NCBI GenBank assembly: GCA_013151235.1
Contig: JAADIO010000041.1
Location: forward strand, 1-55,399
Direction of reading: 5' to 3'
Length of the DNA stretch: 55,399 nt
Source: Deltaproteobacteria bacterium
GTDB lineage: Bacteria; CG2-30-53-67
Below, piece after piece: positions 8,350 to 18,528 of the stretch. The notes below the pieces were generated by a model, which did no database searches, was not told the DNA's origin, and was given only the letters and a program-made list of their open reading frames with translations. A program made the position numbers and the translations under genes. The stretch's first letter is position 1. Each line of letters starts with the position of its first letter.

Positions 8350-9573
8350 TTATCCGGTCTTCCGGTTTGCGATCACCTTCTCGAAATCGCAGCGCTTCAA
8401 AGATAATTCAGGTACGGCGATCCCTTTTTGCTTCAGGCAAAGATCGTACACCGCAACAATCTCATCGACCATGGTCCCGGCATCAAACTTTTCGCCAATC
8501 CGCCGCCGGGCATTTTCCCCCATCCGAAGCCGCAGGCCCGGATCGTTGAGAAGCCGGAGCATCGCCTCCGCAAGGAGAGACGGTTCCCCGGGAGGAATCA
8601 ATATCCCTGTTTTCCCGTCAACCACGACATCGGGGATCCCCCCGACGGTTGTCGCCACCACGGCTTTCCCGGAGGCACCGGCCTCGAGGAGGACTCGGCC
8701 CATCCCTTCGTAGAAGGAAGGAAGGATACAGAAATCACAGAGGGCCGTGATCTCGGCAATCTTCGTCCGGAATCCCGCGAAGATAACCGATGCCTCGATC
8801 CCGTATTCCCGGACCCGTTCACGCAGGGAGGGTTCCAGGTCTCCCTCTCCCACGAGGAGGAGTTTTACATCAGGATGTTTCTTCAACACACCGGTTATCG
8901 CCTTCAGCGCGACGGTGTGTCCTTTGCCTTCCCAAAGCTTCGAAACAAAACCGATCACCGGGTCCGTCATCCCGAGACCGAGTTCGTTCCGGAGCCGTCC
9001 CTGTTCCGCCCGGTCATACTTACGAAAGGCCTCCAGATCGATCCCGCTGTAGATTTTCGAGTACGCCCCCTCCTGGAGGATTCCTTCCCGTTCCGCCCAG
9101 TCGATCATCGGCTGGGAGATATAGATCATCCGGTCCGCCCATCGGGCGGCCCGCCGTTCCAGTCTTTTAAAAAGAACCCGCCGGATCCACGGTTCATTGT
9201 CGTGGAAGGAAAAACCGTGGACCGTATGGATCACTACGGGGGTCTTTGCAATCTTCCCGGCCAGTCGGCCCAGGAACCCCGCCTTGGAGTTATGGGTATG
9301 GACGACGGTGATCTCTTCCCGGCGCAGAATCCGCACCAGTTCGAAGAGGGCCCGAAGGTCCTTCACCGGATGGAGCGGCTGCACCATGTTCCGCACCTCG
9401 TGAACGGCCATGCCGTTTCCCCGGACAATGTAATTAAGCATCCCCCCCGGGGCGCAGGCAAGAGAAACCTCGAAACGATCCCGGGGCGTCCGTTTCATCG
9501 TCAGGTAGGTGTTGATCCCCGACCCGCTTACGATCGGGAGGGTATGGACGTGCAGGACCTTGATCCGGTTCAT
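8350..9573 (-). CDS. GT4 glycosyltransferase
   Basis: VHTHNSKAGFLGRLA, HTVHGFSFH, LPSFYEGMGRVLLEA (ExxxxxxxE). Confidence 0.9.
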   Translation of the reverse strand: MNRIKVLHVHTLPIVSGSGINTYLTMKRTPRDRFEVSLACAPGGMLNYIVRGNGMAVHEVRNMVQPLHPVKDLRALFELVRILRREEITVVHTHNSKAGFLGRLAGKIAKTPVVIHTVHGFSFHDNEPWIRRVLFKRLERRAARWADRMIYISQPMIDWAEREGILQEGAYSKIYSGIDLEAFRKYDRAEQGRLRNELGLGMTDPVIGFVSKLWEGKGHTVALKAITGVLKKHPDVKLLLVGEGDLEPSLRERVREYGIEASVIFAGFRTKIAEITALCDFCILPSFYEGMGRVLLEAGASGKAVVATTVGGIPDVVVDGKTGILIPPGEPSLLAEAMLRLLNDPGLRLRMGENARRRIGEKFDAGTMVDEIVAVYDLCLKQKGIAVPELSLKRCDFEKVIANRKTG

Positions 9574-10785
9574 TCATGCCACTCCATGTCTGGCAGACCT
9601 GTCCGCAAATTCGACGACATTCGAGTGCGGCAGGGCAGCCTCCGCCCCGCGCAGAGAAACCAGTGGTCCCTCACCTGCGGCGGCAGCCCTCGGCCCTGCG
9701 GCAACAGTTTCCTCCACGACCTTTAAGACCTCCTCCGGACGGATTGACCAGAGGCAGTCCCGGTCCCGGCAATCAAAATTCGTACAAGGGCTGCAGACCA
9801 CTGGATGATAAAGCAGATGATGAAACCCCTCCCCCCCGTAAGGACCATACCGACCCGGCTTGCCCGGTCCGAAGAGGGCCACGACGGGGATCCCGACCGC
9901 CACGGCCAGGTGCATCGGGCCCGTATCGTTCGTAACCACCAGGTCACAGGTTTCGAACAGCGCCGCCAGCTCGGGAAGGGAAAGTTTTCCGGCCAGATCG
10001 ACGGGACGATGGTCCATCTCGGAGATAATCCGTTCTACAACAGGACGGTCGGCCTCACTACCGACGATCAGGATCTCCGCACCGGTCCTTTCCGTCAGCC
10101 GATCGGCAAGGGAGGCGAAATACTCCGCCGGCCACCGTTTATAGACGGCATCGCCCCCGGGGTTCAGGACAATACGAAGGCTTCCTCTTTTCCCCGCCTC
10201 CCCGGCCTGAAGAACCCCGGCGACACGGGAACGGTCTTTATCACTCACCGGAAACGCAAGCCCCTCTCCGGGATCTTCCGCCCCAACGAGGCGGACCACA
10301 TCAAGGTTCAGGTCAACCTCATGACGGGAGGCAAAGGCCGGGTCCTCCCAGGAGTCATCGATTGCGGCATCATAGAAGGTTCCCCGTCCGTCGGTGTTCC
10401 TCCCAACGGAAAATTTCGCCCCCACCACCTGCAACAGCAGCCGGAAGCGGAAGGCACCGCGGCGGGAAAAGAGATGATAGAGATTGACCGCCAGATCGTA
10501 TTGTCTGCTCCGGAGCTGACGGAGAAGATGGAACAACGGCTTGATCTCGGAGAGGACGATCCGGTTCTGCATCCCTTCCGTAGGGATCTCGAAAACATGG
10601 TCCACATAAAGGCATCGCTCCAGAAGAGGAACGCATTTCGGTGTCACCAGAAGATCAATCACCGCTTCCGGGAAGCGTGCCCGGAGAGCACGAAGAGCCG
10701 GTACGGCGAGGATCAGATCGCCGATTCCCGCCGCCTTGATCACCAGAATTCTCCCGGCCTTGCCCGACCATATTTTCGAGATCAT
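9574..10785 (-). CDS. GT9 (heptosyltransferase-like) glycosyltransferase
   Basis: ILVIKAAGIGDLIL, KRWPAEYF, VTNDTGPMHLAVAVG, CSPC..C..C tail. ATG 10785 has an AGGAG RBS. Confidence 0.88.
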   Translation of the reverse strand: MISKIWSGKAGRILVIKAAGIGDLILAVPALRALRARFPEAVIDLLVTPKCVPLLERCLYVDHVFEIPTEGMQNRIVLSEIKPLFHLLRQLRSRQYDLAVNLYHLFSRRGAFRFRLLLQVVGAKFSVGRNTDGRGTFYDAAIDDSWEDPAFASRHEVDLNLDVVRLVGAEDPGEGLAFPVSDKDRSRVAGVLQAGEAGKRGSLRIVLNPGGDAVYKRWPAEYFASLADRLTERTGAEILIVGSEADRPVVERIISEMDHRPVDLAGKLSLPELAALFETCDLVVTNDTGPMHLAVAVGIPVVALFGPGKPGRYGPYGGEGFHHLLYHPVVCSPCTNFDCRDRDCLWSIRPEEVLKVVEETVAAGPRAAAAGEGPLVSLRGAEAALPHSNVVEFADRSARHGVA

Positions 10786-10786
10786 C

Positions 10787-12706
10787 TCAACCCGCTCCTG
10801 TAAGAATACCTTCACGATGGGAGATTCGTTCCCGGTCAAGATAAAGACGGCACCAGACTTCCAGGGAAAGAAGCGCCCAGATCTGGTGCGTCATGACCCG
10901 TTTCCCCTGGAAATGATCGGCGATCATCGTCTCAAGACAGGCGGGCCGGAAAAACCCCCGTGCCGTCGACCGCGGGGCCAGCAGCATCTCCCGCACATAC
11001 CCCTCCAGGTCCCGGCGGAACCAGGAACCGATCGGGACCATGAACCCCTGTTTTTTCCTGTTCAGGATCGCAGACGGCAGGACCCCTTTCATCATCTCCT
11101 TCATCAATCCCTTCAGACGGAGCCCCCTCATCCTGAACGAGGTGGGGAGGGCCGACATGAACTCCACGAGACGGTGGTCGCAGAAGGGAACCCGGAGTTC
11201 CAGGGAATGATTCATGCTCATGGCATCTCCCATCAAAAGGAGGTCCGACGGGAGATAGGTCGTCAGATCGTGCAGCACAACATTCCCGACATAGTCCCCT
11301 CCCCCCAGGCACAGCCGGGCCGCCCGCCGGGCTTCCCCTCCCTCCACCGGCAGCAGTTCCCGGAATTCATCCGTATAGAGGGAGTCTTTCATCTGCGGAG
11401 TCACGAAGGTCGTCCAGTCGAGATAACGCTCCGCCGGATCGGTAAGCCCCCCCCGGGCAAAACGCTTGATCCAGCCGCCGATATTCCGGCTCCGGGTACT
11501 CTCGGGGATCCGCTCCGCGAGGGGCGGGACCACCCCCCTGCGAATCCACGACGGGACACGGTCATAGAGGCGGGAAAGACGCGCCCCTAAATAGCGGGGA
11601 TAGCCGAGAAAAATCTCATCGCCACCGATCCCGCTTAAAGCCACCGTCACAAAACGGCGGGTCTCCCGGGAGACGAGAAAGGTCGGGAGGGCCGAGGAAT
11701 CGGCGAACGGTTCCCCCACGGCTTCGATGATTTCCGGAAGGAGGGAGACCACATCGGGAGCCAGGATAAATTCATGATGATCGGTGCCGAAGGCGTCCGC
11801 CACGATCCGGGCCTCGGCCAGCTCATTATAGGAGGCATCTTCTTCTCCGTAACCGATGGTGAAGGTCTTCACCGGCTCGCTCATGCACTCCGACAGGAAG
11901 GCGACGATACAGGCCGAATCCATCCCGCCGCTCAGGAAGGCACCGAGGGGGACCTCGCTGATCATACGGGACCGGACGGCATCACGCAGCAGGGCAAGGG
12001 CCTGTTCCTTCGCCTCTGCGAAGGAAACCTTCTCCCCGGCCTCAGGCATGGGGGGCGTCCAGTAACGGCGGATGTTGATCTCACCCCGGTGCCAGGTCAG
12101 GCAATGGCCGGGAAGAAGCTTTTGGACGGAACGGAAGATACTCATCGGCGCCGGGACATAGAGAAGGCTCAGGTAGGCATCGACCGCCTCAGTCCTCAGG
12201 GTATTCAGCGATGGGTCGGCGGCAAGGAGCGCCCGGATCTCTGAGGCAAAGAGGAGACGGTCCCCCTGTTCGGCGTAGACCAGCGGTTTGATTCCGAGGC
12301 GGTCCCGGACCAGCAGGAGACGTTCCGCCCTGCGGTCCCAGAGGGCGAATGCGAACATCCCCTGGAGACGGGAAAGGCAGTCCTCCCCGTAATCTTCATA
12401 GAGATGAACGATCACCTCCGTGTCGGAAAAGGTGGAGAACTCATGGCCTCTCCGGACAAGGTCCCGCCGCAACTCCCGGTAGTTGTAGATCTCTCCGTTG
12501 AAGACCACACAGACCGATTTCTCTTCATTGAAGATCGGCTGGTGTCCCGAGGCAAGGTCGATAATCGCAAGGCGCCGCATTCCGAGGGAGACGGAGCGAT
12601 CCAAAAAGACCCCTTCGTCATCAGGGCCGCGATGAAAGATGGACCGGCACATCACCGACAGCAGGGATGGATCAGGCCTGCCCGCAATTCCAACGATTCC
12701 GCACAA
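10787..12706 (-). CDS. asnB: Asparagine synthase (glutamine-hydrolysing) family amidotransferase
   Basis: TTG start gives M-C-G-I (Ntn Cys). HRGPDDEG, RRLAIIDL, FNGEIYN, FLSGGMDS, LSGIGGDE, RKKQGF. Probably a glycan amidotransferase in this context. Confidence 0.9.
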   Translation of the reverse strand: MCGIVGIAGRPDPSLLSVMCRSIFHRGPDDEGVFLDRSVSLGMRRLAIIDLASGHQPIFNEEKSVCVVFNGEIYNYRELRRDLVRRGHEFSTFSDTEVIVHLYEDYGEDCLSRLQGMFAFALWDRRAERLLLVRDRLGIKPLVYAEQGDRLLFASEIRALLAADPSLNTLRTEAVDAYLSLLYVPAPMSIFRSVQKLLPGHCLTWHRGEINIRRYWTPPMPEAGEKVSFAEAKEQALALLRDAVRSRMISEVPLGAFLSGGMDSACIVAFLSECMSEPVKTFTIGYGEEDASYNELAEARIVADAFGTDHHEFILAPDVVSLLPEIIEAVGEPFADSSALPTFLVSRETRRFVTVALSGIGGDEIFLGYPRYLGARLSRLYDRVPSWIRRGVVPPLAERIPESTRSRNIGGWIKRFARGGLTDPAERYLDWTTFVTPQMKDSLYTDEFRELLPVEGGEARRAARLCLGGGDYVGNVVLHDLTTYLPSDLLLMGDAMSMNHSLELRVPFCDHRLVEFMSALPTSFRMRGLRLKGLMKEMMKGVLPSAILNRKKQGFMVPIGSWFRRDLEGYVREMLLAPRSTARGFFRPACLETMIADHFQGKRVMTHQIWALLSLEVWCRLYLDRERISHREGILTGAG

Positions 12707-12760
12707 AATTCCCTCTTTTCCAAACAAAATCAGGGAAGGATAAAAAGAGCTTTCTATTTA

Positions 12761-12789
12761 ATTTTAATACAGTCAGCAAATTTAGACAA
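12761..12789 (-). promoter_or_regulatory. Putative sigma70 promoter for asnB-GT9-GT4-wecA-PHP
   Basis: Minus strand TTGTCT-N17-TAAAAT in an AT-rich spacer. Confidence 0.45.
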
Positions 12790-12827
12790 TATTTTATTAT
12801 CCAAAACATTGACGGGAAAAAGGGGTC

Positions 12828-12909
12828 AAAGGGGTCAAGTCTGCTCTTGGCTCACATTGATCCAGAAAAATTTTTCGTAAGGTAAGTCAAGAGCAGACTT
12901 GACCCCTTT
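12828..12909. repeat. REP/REPIN-like inverted repeat (GGGGTCA class)
   Basis: Arms AAAGGGGTCAAGTCTGCTCTTGGCTCAC (12828-12855) and 12882-12909 match 26/28 as reverse complements. A partial extra AGGGGTCA copy lies at 12821. Confidence 0.8.
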
Positions 12910-12925
12910 ATGGTTGAGATAACGG

Positions 12926-12954
12926 TTGATTTTAAGTATTGTTTAATTTATAAT
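12926..12954 (+). promoter_or_regulatory. Putative sigma70 promoter for the nucleotidyltransferase gene
   Basis: TTGATT-N17-TATAAT, then a GGAG RBS 6 nt before TTG 12990. Confidence 0.55.
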
Positions 12955-12989
12955 TTATATATAGTTATGTTGTTTTATTGGAGTAATAC

Positions 12990-14072
12990 TTGAGATATTT
13001 TACCGTGGCCAACAAGAAGAAAAATCATGAACCGGAGAGACGGCTCATGACCCTCCTGAACCGGATCACCGGACTCGATAGGGAAGCCATCGGAACACTC
13101 CTTGAAAAAGGGCGGGACTGGGATTCTTTTTGCCGGACTTCCGTCGCCCTCCTTGCCGCTCCTCTCTTTTACTGGAACCTGAAACCGTGGGAAGGGCAGG
13201 AACCGATCGCCACCGAACTCATCCCCTTTCTCAGGGAGGAGTACCTGGAGACCCTGGCCCGGAACCTGTATCTCTTTCATGAGTGCGATACCGTCCTGGA
13301 AAAGCTGGCCGGCAAGGGGATCCCCGTCATCCCCCTGAAGGGAGCAGCCCTGGCACGGGACCTCTACCCTTCCATCGCCGTCCGTCCCATGTTCGATATC
13401 GATCTCCTGGTCCGCAGGGAGGATCTTCCCGCCGTCGACGAGGTCCTGCGGAAGAACCGGTACCGTCCCCTGTCCGCTCCGGACCCGGGTAAGGGTTTCA
13501 CTTACGAAAGCCACTACATCAAGGAGACGAAGGCCCCCGTCGTTCTCGAGATCCACTGGAACCTGGGGGAAGAGAACCGCTACCGGCTCGACATCGACGG
13601 GATCTGGAGCCGGGCCGTCCCGAATGCCGGGGGAACCGGCCTTGCAATGTCCGCCGAAGATACGCTCCTCTACCTGGCCCAGCACTTCTTCAAGCACTAT
13701 CTCTTCAAGCGGCTGATCTGGCTCTGCGACATCCACGAGTGGATCGGGCGGGAAGATATCCGCTGGGATCTTCTCATCGAACGGGCACAGTCCCAGTCGA
13801 TCGCCACCTTCCTCTTCTATACCCTGAAGATCTACGAGGACTTTTATGAAACGGACCTTCCCATCCGTCCGGAATCGATCCTGAAGATCGGCCCCCTCCG
13901 CAAAGCCGTCCTGAACGGCTATGTCCGCCGTTTTCCCATGTTCCGCTCCGTGGAAAAGGAGAACTACCTCCGCCAGCGGATCTTCGCCTTCAGTTGCATC
14001 GACCGGATGCCCGACCGTCTACGCTTTACAATGGATGCACTGCGGCGGGACCGGGAACGGCGGTCTGCCTGA
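12990..14072 (+). CDS. Nucleotidyltransferase family protein (NTP_transf_5-like)
   Basis: IPVIPLKGAALARDLYP..RPMFDIDLLV, LEIHWNL, RLIWLCDI. Inverted relative to the cluster. Confidence 0.8.
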   Translation: MRYFTVANKKKNHEPERRLMTLLNRITGLDREAIGTLLEKGRDWDSFCRTSVALLAAPLFYWNLKPWEGQEPIATELIPFLREEYLETLARNLYLFHECDTVLEKLAGKGIPVIPLKGAALARDLYPSIAVRPMFDIDLLVRREDLPAVDEVLRKNRYRPLSAPDPGKGFTYESHYIKETKAPVVLEIHWNLGEENRYRLDIDGIWSRAVPNAGGTGLAMSAEDTLLYLAQHFFKHYLFKRLIWLCDIHEWIGREDIRWDLLIERAQSQSIATFLFYTLKIYEDFYETDLPIRPESILKIGPLRKAVLNGYVRRFPMFRSVEKENYLRQRIFAFSCIDRMPDRLRFTMDALRRDRERRSA

Positions 14073-15195
14073 ACGCTTTGCGGAAGGCCCTGAAAACTTC
14101 ATCCGGGAGAATCCCCCGCATACAATCATGGGTCTTCACCCTGCACCAGCCCCGGTTACAGCCGATACAGGGAAGATCATTCATACGAAAGACATGGTGT
14201 TCCATGCCCTGCGGCCACCATTGAACCGCCTTCGTCGGCCCCATGAAAGAAAAGGTCTTTGTCCCCACGGCACAGGCCAGATGGAGGGGCCCGGAGTTGT
14301 TACAGATCAGAAGATCGAGCCGGGAGAGAAAGACCGCGAAATCCCGCAGGGACGGAAAGGGGGGCGCAACCTCCGGCCTCATCCGCATCCGTTCCTGTAC
14401 CCGGCGGAGAATCTCCCAGTCGGACGGTCCGCCGCAAAGGACAACCCGTGCCGATCCTTTTTCAATCAGGAGATCCGACAGTTCAGCGAAATACTCCACC
14501 GGCCAGCGTTGCGTCCAGTGGGTGCCGCCGGGATGAACCCCGACGAGGGGAATTCCCTCATTTTTCCGGCCCACCGGATGACCCGGCCGGAACGGCTCCG
14601 TGGCGTTACCCGGCAGATCCAGCCGGACTTCCCGGGAGGGATTTTCAACCCCCAGCGGCACGAGGAGCGCAAGGAGCCGATCGACGGTATGTTTTTCACC
14701 GTCCGGTCCCGGCACAACCTCATCGAAGAAGACGCCCCTTCCGTCCTGACCGTAGCCGACGGAATAACCCGATCCGGCCAGTCCGGCAAGAAACGCGGGG
14801 AAGAGCAACCCGTCGGTGTTCAGGTCAATAACAAGATCAAATTCGTTTTCCCGGAGCGACCGGACAAGTCTCCGTATCCCGGTCAATCCTCCCCGACAGG
14901 TACCGACCATGACGTCATCCACCCCGGGACAAAGATCGAAGATTTCTCTGACGGCCGGAGGGCAAAGCACAAGGATTCGGGCGCCGGGGAAACGGCCCCG
15001 CAGGACGGAAACGCAGGGAAGGGAAAGAACGGCGTCCCCGAGCCGCTGCTGGGAAATAACCAGGATCCGTCCGGGAGATTCCGGGAACTTCCTTTTTGGT
15101 CTTCCCGCCCCGCAAAGAACGAGCAGGAAAAGCCCGCCCCTGCGAAGGGAAAGCAGGGATTTCTTCAGGAGGGACCGCATCCGATGAAAGATCAT
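14026..15195 (-). CDS. GT9 (heptosyltransferase-like) glycosyltransferase
   Basis: ILVISQQRLGDAVL, HPGG..QRWPVEYF, ICNNSGPLHLACAVG, CIGC..C..HDCM. Confidence 0.88.
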   Translation of the reverse strand: MIFHRMRSLLKKSLLSLRRGGLFLLVLCGAGRPKRKFPESPGRILVISQQRLGDAVLSLPCVSVLRGRFPGARILVLCPPAVREIFDLCPGVDDVMVGTCRGGLTGIRRLVRSLRENEFDLVIDLNTDGLLFPAFLAGLAGSGYSVGYGQDGRGVFFDEVVPGPDGEKHTVDRLLALLVPLGVENPSREVRLDLPGNATEPFRPGHPVGRKNEGIPLVGVHPGGTHWTQRWPVEYFAELSDLLIEKGSARVVLCGGPSDWEILRRVQERMRMRPEVAPPFPSLRDFAVFLSRLDLLICNNSGPLHLACAVGTKTFSFMGPTKAVQWWPQGMEHHVFRMNDLPCIGCNRGWCRVKTHDCMRGILPDEVFRAFRKAFRQTAVPGPAAVHPL

Positions 15196-16343
15196 GAGGC
15201 CAGGATCTCCTCGTAGAGCAACTCGACCCTGCGTGCATGTTCCCGGAGGCTGAAATATTCCCGGACACGCTCCCTGCCCTTCTCTCCCATACGTAACCGC
15301 AAGGCAGGATCGTCCGCAAGTTTCCGCATCGCATCCGCCAGGGCATCGACATCCCCGAAGGGGACGAGCAGTCCCGTCACGCCATCTTCCACGATCTCAG
15401 GAACCGCATCGACGGCAAAGGCCACGACCGGTTTTCCGCAGGCCATCGCCTCGATGAGGACACGGCCGAAGGCCTCCGTCCGGGAGGGGAGGGCCAGTAT
15501 GTCAACGGAAGACATGACGCCGGGGATATCTTCCCGGTAACCGGCAAAGGTCACGGTACCGGACAATCCCAGACGGGCCGCCTGCCTTTCCAGATCCTTA
15601 CGATAGGGCGTCCGCTCTCCCACGATCAGAAGATGGAGACCGGCACCATCCTCACGTGCCTTCCTGAGCGCCCGGATCAGCTTGTCTCCCCCCTTGTCCG
15701 GCTCGATCCGTCCGATCAGCCCTATGACAACCTTTCCCGGCAGCCCGGAATCAGCCCGTTTCTCCGCCCGCCCGCCTGATTCATAGAGATTCGGGTCGAG
15801 CCCGTTATAGACGACCGTGACCTTCCGGCCTCGATCCCAGGGGAACCGGCCCGCCACGGCACGGGATATGGCAATTACGCGGGACGCCAGGGCATAGAGA
15901 AAACGGTCGTAGACCGGCTCCCTGGACGCGATCCGGACGTGCCAGACGAGGGGAATCCCCGAACACCGGGCGGCAAGCCCTGCATAGAAGGTCGAACGTG
16001 ATGCGTTCGTATGGACTATATCCACGCCTTCTTCCCGCATGACCCGGACCAGGCGCCGGACAACCCCCGCCGCCTTCAGAATATCAAGCCCGCGTAACGT
16101 GCCGAAGGGGATAATCCTGTATGGAACGGCCAGCCGGTCCAAATGCCCGGCAAGCTTCCCGGGCTCCGGAAGAACAACCATCGGGGCGAAACGCGTGCGG
16201 TCAATCCGTTGCAACAGCACGAGGAGGCTCTGTTGCCCCCCACCCGCCATCTCAGCCGTATGCTCCACGAAAAGGATTTTCTTTTTTTCAGGAGGGACAT
16301 CCCCCATTATTTTCTCCATAGTACAACCTTTCGGGAACAACAA
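15192..16343 (-). CDS. GT4 glycosyltransferase
   Basis: GGGQQSL, DIVHTN, LPSRTEAFGRVLIEAMACGKPVV. Start may be ATG 16319 or 16307. Confidence 0.9.
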   Translation of the reverse strand: MLFPKGCTMEKIMGDVPPEKKKILFVEHTAEMAGGGQQSLLVLLQRIDRTRFAPMVVLPEPGKLAGHLDRLAVPYRIIPFGTLRGLDILKAAGVVRRLVRVMREEGVDIVHTNASRSTFYAGLAARCSGIPLVWHVRIASREPVYDRFLYALASRVIAISRAVAGRFPWDRGRKVTVVYNGLDPNLYESGGRAEKRADSGLPGKVVIGLIGRIEPDKGGDKLIRALRKAREDGAGLHLLIVGERTPYRKDLERQAARLGLSGTVTFAGYREDIPGVMSSVDILALPSRTEAFGRVLIEAMACGKPVVAFAVDAVPEIVEDGVTGLLVPFGDVDALADAMRKLADDPALRLRMGEKGRERVREYFSLREHARRVELLYEEILAS

Positions 16344-16345
16344 AT

Positions 16346-17554
16346 TCAGGCTGCAATGATCCGGTTGAGGCGTGATGCGATTCGGCTCCAGGTATACTCC
16401 GAATAGACTCGCTCCCTGCCTTGCCGGCCCAACTGTCGTCGGAAAGTGTTTTCCTTCAAAAGAAACCGTATGGCCCCCGAAAGCGACTCGATATCATCCG
16501 GCGTGACGAGCAGGCCGGTTTCCTCATGTACGACGGCATCCTGAATCCCGCCGGAACGAGACCCGATGACGGCTTTCCCCATGGCGTTCGCTTCCAGATA
16601 GACAATCCCGAACCCCTCCACGTCCCCGTCTTCCTCGATTTCCACCGGGGTCAGCACAAAGAGATCGCACAAGGAATAATAGGCGGGAAGAGATTGTTCT
16701 TCTACAAACCCGGCAAAGATGACCCGGTCTTCGATCCGGAGATCTTTGACCAGGGTTTCCAATCGGCTTCTTTCCGGTCCCTCTCCAACGATGAGATAGA
16801 CCAGTTCCGGGAACTCCGGGGAGAGTTTTTTTACCGCACCGATCACCGTATCATGCCCTTTCCGCTTGACCAGTCTGGAAACCGTCAGGAGAACCGTTTT
16901 GTTACGGATTCCAAGCTGAGCCGCCAGCCGGGACGGGTCCGTATCCGCCGCCCATTTTTCCGGATGGATCCCGTTGGGAACGACAGTGATCCGCTCTCCC
17001 GATATCCCCAATCCCCGAATCGCCTCCGCGGTAAAACGGCTCACCGGCAATATCCCGTCGGCGCGCTGAAAGACCCGAATCATCCAGCGTTTGAAAAATT
17101 TGCTCCGCTGAGGTTCAAGAACATCCAGTCCGTGGGCAAAGACAAAATAGCGAACCCTCAGGAGATGAGACAACAGAAAGGAGACGATCCCGCAAGGGGA
17201 CCAGGTGTTATTCACGACAATCCGGATTCCGTGCCGAACCAGGATGTACACGGCAAAGAGGGTGATCACGACAATATTGCCGATCAAAGAATCCCGCAAC
17301 GGGTATCGGTAGACTCTTTTCCCTTGCAAATCCGGAACATCCCGGTCCATGCCGGGTACGTTCGGAGCGAGTACATAGACCTCGCCCCCTTGTTCCGTAA
17401 GCCCGGCAACGATCCCGAGGGCGTGCTCCGACATCCCCCCCGACATCGGCGGAAAATCAACCGTCACCATCAGGACCCGCTTAGGGTGATTCTGTTGTCT
17501 TCGCAACGGCATTTCAAATCCTTTTTCCTTGAAGGTCCCTTTTCTTTTCGTCAC
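16346..17554 (-). CDS. GT4 glycosyltransferase (PimB-like subgroup)
   Basis: DFPPMSGG, VSRLVKRKGHD, DVEGFGIVYLEANA. Confidence 0.9.
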   Translation of the reverse strand: MTKRKGTFKEKGFEMPLRRQQNHPKRVLMVTVDFPPMSGGMSEHALGIVAGLTEQGGEVYVLAPNVPGMDRDVPDLQGKRVYRYPLRDSLIGNIVVITLFAVYILVRHGIRIVVNNTWSPCGIVSFLLSHLLRVRYFVFAHGLDVLEPQRSKFFKRWMIRVFQRADGILPVSRFTAEAIRGLGISGERITVVPNGIHPEKWAADTDPSRLAAQLGIRNKTVLLTVSRLVKRKGHDTVIGAVKKLSPEFPELVYLIVGEGPERSRLETLVKDLRIEDRVIFAGFVEEQSLPAYYSLCDLFVLTPVEIEEDGDVEGFGIVYLEANAMGKAVIGSRSGGIQDAVVHEETGLLVTPDDIESLSGAIRFLLKENTFRRQLGRQGRERVYSEYTWSRIASRLNRIIAA

Positions 17555-18528
17555 ATCCGAACGATGGAAAAGAGTTCCTTGATTCGGTCTTCATAGGTAT
17601 TCCCGGTCTGGATCTTCCGGAAACCTCTCTCACGGATGGTTTCCCGATCGTCAGGGTGCTCCAGGTAATAATGTATCTTTTGCCGAAGATCCTTTGCATC
17701 CCGATAGCAGATGACTTCGTCTTCCGGTTTCAGATATTTGGAAATTTCCTTCTTTTCATCCACGATCTGAAATCCGCCGCAACCGGCGATATCAAAAAAA
17801 CGCTGGTTCACCCCTTCAATGTCATCGTAATGATGAAGGTTCAGGTTGATTCGTGAAGCGTTAATGACACGGGTATGATCCATCCCCCGGACATCATGCC
17901 CCGTACAATGTCGCCGCATCGGGTCCTCCCCGGAAAGAGTCCGCCATCCGTCTCCCCAGATTTTCAGATCCACGTCGATAAGTCCGCTGAAGTAGGTTTT
18001 TCGAAAGGGATACATGGACCCGATAAAACCGACATCAGCCCCAAAACGTTCCCTCTCCCCCGGCGATAACGCAAGCCGCTTCTGGATCTCCACATCATAG
18101 GCGTGGGCCAGATAATAGACATTGTTCCACCCTGCATTACGGAGCGTACGATTCCAGTAGGGGTTCTTGGTAAAGAAATAATCATAAACCGCGAGGGCAC
18201 CCGCAACGCACGGATAAGCCATCGGCCGTGGATCGGGGAACCAGTTGATCAATGAACACCCTGCAATGCTCCGCGCCGCACGCAGTGTCTCCGGATAAAT
18301 CAATTCCCCTTTTTGCACAAAGATCAGATCCGGCGCCTGATCCTTCACGACGTTCAGCAGACGGCTGTTCATCCTTCGCACAAGGAGTGATCGCAAACCC
18401 GGCGCACGGAGTCTTACCCCCTTTCGGTAATCGAAAACATGAACCTCATGCCCGCACCGTTTCAGCGCTTGTGCCGTGGACCATCCAAAGGAACTGTAGA
18501 AATGCACCGCAACAAGCAATATCTTCAT
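17551..18528 (-). CDS. Glycosyltransferase, CgeB/Glyco_trans_1_2-like
   Basis: PDLIFVQKG, INWFPD, DVGFIGS, INLNLH, NQRFFDIAGCGGFQI. ATG 18528 overlaps the upstream TGA. Confidence 0.8.
   Translation of the reverse strand: MKILLVAVHFYSSFGWSTAQALKRCGHEVHVFDYRKGVRLRAPGLRSLLVRRMNSRLLNVVKDQAPDLIFVQKGELIYPETLRAARSIAGCSLINWFPDPRPMAYPCVAGALAVYDYFFTKNPYWNRTLRNAGWNNVYYLAHAYDVEIQKRLALSPGERERFGADVGFIGSMYPFRKTYFSGLIDVDLKIWGDGWRTLSGEDPMRRHCTGHDVRGMDHTRVINASRINLNLHHYDDIEGVNQRFFDIAGCGGFQIVDEKKEISKYLKPEDEVICYRDAKDLRQKIHYYLEHPDDRETIRERGFRKIQTGNTYEDRIKELFSIVRM

Noticed and set aside
5730-11590. Long + strand ORFs (e.g. 5730..7160, 8428..9726, 9805..10803), and likewise 16421..17596, 42216..43709 and 48193..49608
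   Set aside because: They overlap well-supported genes on the opposite strand and have no recognisable motifs; typical GC-rich shadow frames.
10787-14072. AsnB plus nucleotidyltransferase as a lasso-peptide cluster
   Set aside because: AsnB has an intact N-terminal Cys glutaminase domain, and no precursor, PqqD/RRE or B2 protease gene is visible. The context is glycan biosynthesis.
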